Of a stretch of 64,000 nt of DNA, positions 61,020-64,000 are shown piece by piece. The DNA comes from Lama glama (Eukaryota): contig CM052817.1 in assembly GCA_028534125.1 (NCBI GenBank), forward strand, positions 39,246,001 through 39,310,000. Direction: 5' to 3'. Below the pieces are notes generated by a model. That model was not told the origin of the DNA, made no database searches, and was given only the letters and a program-made list of their open reading frames with translations. The position numbers were made by a program, and so were the translations under genes. Numbering within the stretch: position 1 is the first letter of the stretch; each line of letters opens with the position of its first letter.

Positions 61020-62625
61020 ATTCCAGTGAAGTTGAATATATAAAGATATATTGTTTACCATTTCTTTTCCTTTTATTCACATTATTATTTATGCCTTAGC
61101 TTATTTTTATTAGTGTGTTTACCTTTTATTATCATTTTGCAAATACTCTTGATATAATACAAATATGCACCTTTGGTTATGATATGATGCAAATTTTGTT
61201 TTTAGCTTGTTCTTCACATTGGTATTTTGCTTATGTTATCTTTCTAATGTATAGAAGATTTAAATTTTCTTTCCATATCTACATTATCAATATATTTTGT
61301 TTATTATTTCCCTATTTTCACATTGCTTAGAAGTTTATTCTCTGAAAATAAATATAACATTAACTTTTATTTTCTCCCTTGATTGTTACGGTTTTTTATT
61401 TACATGTGCTTATGTTGTAGCTAGAACTTTTTTTTTTCTGTAGACTTAGTTTATTAGCCTATCATGATTTATGGAATAATCCAAACTTTTTCCCTTGGCT
61501 TAAAATGTCATTATTGTTATGTCCTAAATTCTTACATATGCTTAGACTTTAAATTTTATAGTTTTATTCATACAAGTACAAAATATTTTCCACTGGGTTA
61601 ATTCCTATATAGCTAGTGTTTTATCATTCTGAATGCAATTTTTAAAATTCATGGCATTCTCTGATTGTTAGTATTAACTGGGAAAGCTATTGCTATATGT
61701 ATATTTCTTTTGCAATATACCATCTTGTTGAACATTTTTATTTCTAATAGTACTCAAATTAGGTTGGCCAGACAAATGATTATATAATTTCCAAATGGTT
61801 ACAAATGTGTCTCCTTCTTTCAAATATTTATGCCTTTGGTTTTGTTTTCATGTCTTGGTTAAACTTTCAGAATAATGTTGAATAATAATGGTGATCATGG
61901 ATATCTGAATTTCCTGACTTTGATGGGACTGCCTTTAGAGAAGTGATGTGAACTCAAATGCCTACAAAAGCCTGGCAGGAAACAAACAGGTGACACCGGC
62001 CAAGGTAAGAAGACAACAGCACACAGCGGTGGGAAACAGTCAACGTCACCTGTTCTCAGTGCTGAGGAAACAATAGAGAGCACTGGGAGCTGGCAAACCT
62101 GAGCGCACATAGCTGGTCTGCAGTGGGAACCTGCTATTTAGCTGCAGTTAATTGTTGTCATGTCAGCCTAATTTGCCAGAAGCCAAATATCTGGAAGTTT
62201 ATTTAAAATATGACTTTTAAATGCTGGCAACAAGGGCAAGTTAAAAACAAAACAATGAAGCAGCCTGACAAACTTATTTGTAGGTTGTTTCTGGCCCTTG
62301 GGCAGCAAAGCTTGGACCTGTCCCCTGGGCTGCAGTTATGCTAATGAGCATAATATTGGTTGTTGGTTCTGGATCATTTTTTTCCATGTTGAGGAAGTAT
62401 ATTCTAATTTATTCTTTACTAAGAAATTGTATCAGGGATGAATGCTTTCCTGATCTCTTTCCTGAATACTGTACTACTATTGAGATGATTTACACAACTT
62501 TTCCTACTCCCAGAAAATTGTGCTTTTATTGAAATTTTAAAATTTATTAGCTTCAGATTATCTGTATTTTCTTGTTTTGTTCTTGATTTCAGTATGCCGT
62601 GAGAAAATGAATCTTCTCATTGATA
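61020..62625 (-). mobile_element. Old L1ME-like ORF2 remnant interrupted by MER102
   Basis: T-rich antisense L1 motifs (aataatgttgaataataatggtgatcatggatatc...cctgactttgatggga; continues atgttgaggaagtatattctaatttattctttactaagaa). Confidence 0.55.
61940..62325. mobile_element. MER102-like hAT-Charlie element
   Basis: aactcaaatgcctaca...ctggcaaacctgagcgcacat...taattgttgtcatg...ccagaagcc...ttttaaatgctggcaac. Confidence 0.65.
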
Positions 62626-62626
62626 T

Positions 62627-63002
62627 TGTAGTTGTCTGCTAGGGCTGCCAAAATACCCCAGACTGGGGGGCCTGAACGACAGAAATGTATTTCCCACAGT
62701 TCTGGAGGCTGGCAGTCCAAGAACAAGATGCTGGCATTGTAGGTTTCTCCTGGGTCTTCTCTCCTTGGCTTGTCCATGGTAATCTTCTTGCTGTGTCCTC
62801 ACGTGACTTTTCTCTGTGCATGTGCATCCCGGTGTTTCTTCCTCTTCTTATAAAGGACACTAGTCCCATCAAATTAGGGCCTCACTATTATGCCTCAGTT
62901 AATCTAATTGCCTCTTTAAAGTCCCTGTCTCCAAATACAGTCATATCGGGGGTTAGGGCTTTAACATATGAATTTTGGGAGGATGCAGTTCATTCTGGAA
63001 CA
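62627..63002 (-). mobile_element. MLT1B-like solo LTR
   Basis: tgctagggctgcc...cagaaatgtatttcccacagttctggaggctggcagtccaag...cttcttataaaggacactagtc...ctccaaatacagtc...ttaacatatgaattttggga. Confidence 0.85.
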
Positions 63003-63287
63003 AAGCTATTGGTTATCTATTTTTTTCCTCTTTCAGAATTATCGATACTTTCTCCCTTTTTTATTTTCCCGAAGAATGAGCTCTTTGGTCCCAGAGTGCC
63101 AAGCATCCTTTCTGTCAGTTGTGTGTTCCTGCGTGGATTCTTAGATACTGCTCAGTAAAGTCAAATAAAACCAAGAGCAAGTGGATGCGACTTTACACAA
63201 AGATGGAAGAGTAAGCTCTCTGGGAGTCCAGGCATGGTGCGTCTTTGGCAAAGGGCGATTCTGAGGAGTGAGTTAGTCCCTTTCATA

Positions 63288-63540
63288 GCAAGGTTAAGAG
63301 CATAGACTTTGGAACCAAGCTGCCTGAATTCACTTGCAGATCTCCCACTTAACTAGCTGTGTGACCTGGGACAAGGTACTTAACCTCTCTTTACCTCTGT
63401 TTTCTCACATGTAAAATGGAGCTTGTAACAATACCTACCACAGAGGGTTGTTACTAGGATTAAATAAATTAATATTTGCAAAGTGCTTAGAAGGCTTCTT
63501 GGCACATGCTAGTTGCTTTAGAATTGCTTATAAATAATAA
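63288..63540 (+). mobile_element. MIR SINE, near full length
   Basis: ggttaagagcatagactttgg...tagctgtgtgacctgggacaaggtacttaacctctct...tgtaaaatgg...aagtgcttagaa. Confidence 0.85.
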
Positions 63541-64000
63541 AACACTCAATATGGCTCTGGGATCATAGCAGCAGATACACCAGAATGCAAAGTACCTGTT
63601 GTCAACAATGCTGCCACAATGATGGGCTTCTCCATTATTTTCGCCTGTAAGTCGCTAGCAAAGAGGTCTGGCCCTTTGAATGAAAGGAACCTCTTTTGTT
63701 CACGGATAATTTGGGGAAGAGGGCATGACTACAAATGATATTGGACTTTAGCCAGTTTAGCTCTGTAGCTTTAAACCATTTCTAAATTATCCTCCAACCT
63801 GGTAGATGAGTTCATACCAGTTACATGCATCAATTCTTTGTCATATGTTAGAAAATATTCTTCCTTGTCCATCAAGTTGTTTGCCTTTTGTTGGTTTTTG
63901 ACATATTTAAATGCATTTAAAATATTTATTGATCTGAATCTTTTGAAGTTTTCTTTTGTGATTTCTTTGACCACTGTTTGACAATTCTAACTATTTAAAG

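Noticed and set aside
1-64000. Assignment of a host or neighbouring gene, or a novel multi-gene system
   Set aside because: No coding exon or diagnostic sequence was recognised; locus identification requires genome alignment

Overview
Mammalian non-coding DNA (intergenic or deep intronic), almost certainly from a camelid (alpaca/camel), judging from a Vic-1-like tRNA-derived SINE and camelid-type young L1 3' ends. It looks like a short-read draft assembly, with six N-gaps. I recognise no protein-coding exon, RNA gene or intact autonomous element, and the ORF track is consistent with chance ORFs and gap artefacts. A large fraction of the window is decayed interspersed repeat: L2, MIR, L3/CR1, old L1M, MLT1 and LTR16/ERVL, and hAT MERs. 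Superimposed are lineage-specific L1/SINE insertions with clear target-site duplications (TSDs). The most notable observations are: an orphan CpG island with a perfect 18-bp palindrome and inverted E2F-type sites (~51.8-52.1 kb); an anomalously CpG-rich ancient MLT1C; a series of ultra-short (17-60 bp) TSD-flanked retrotransposition scars; a candidate L1 3' transduction; several nested insertions; and an LTR16-ERVL remnant with a tRNA-Leu PBS and a gag-like relic. I found no convincing novel biological system. Repeat family names come from visual recall of consensus sequences, and boundaries of old repeats are approximate (often +/-50 bp).
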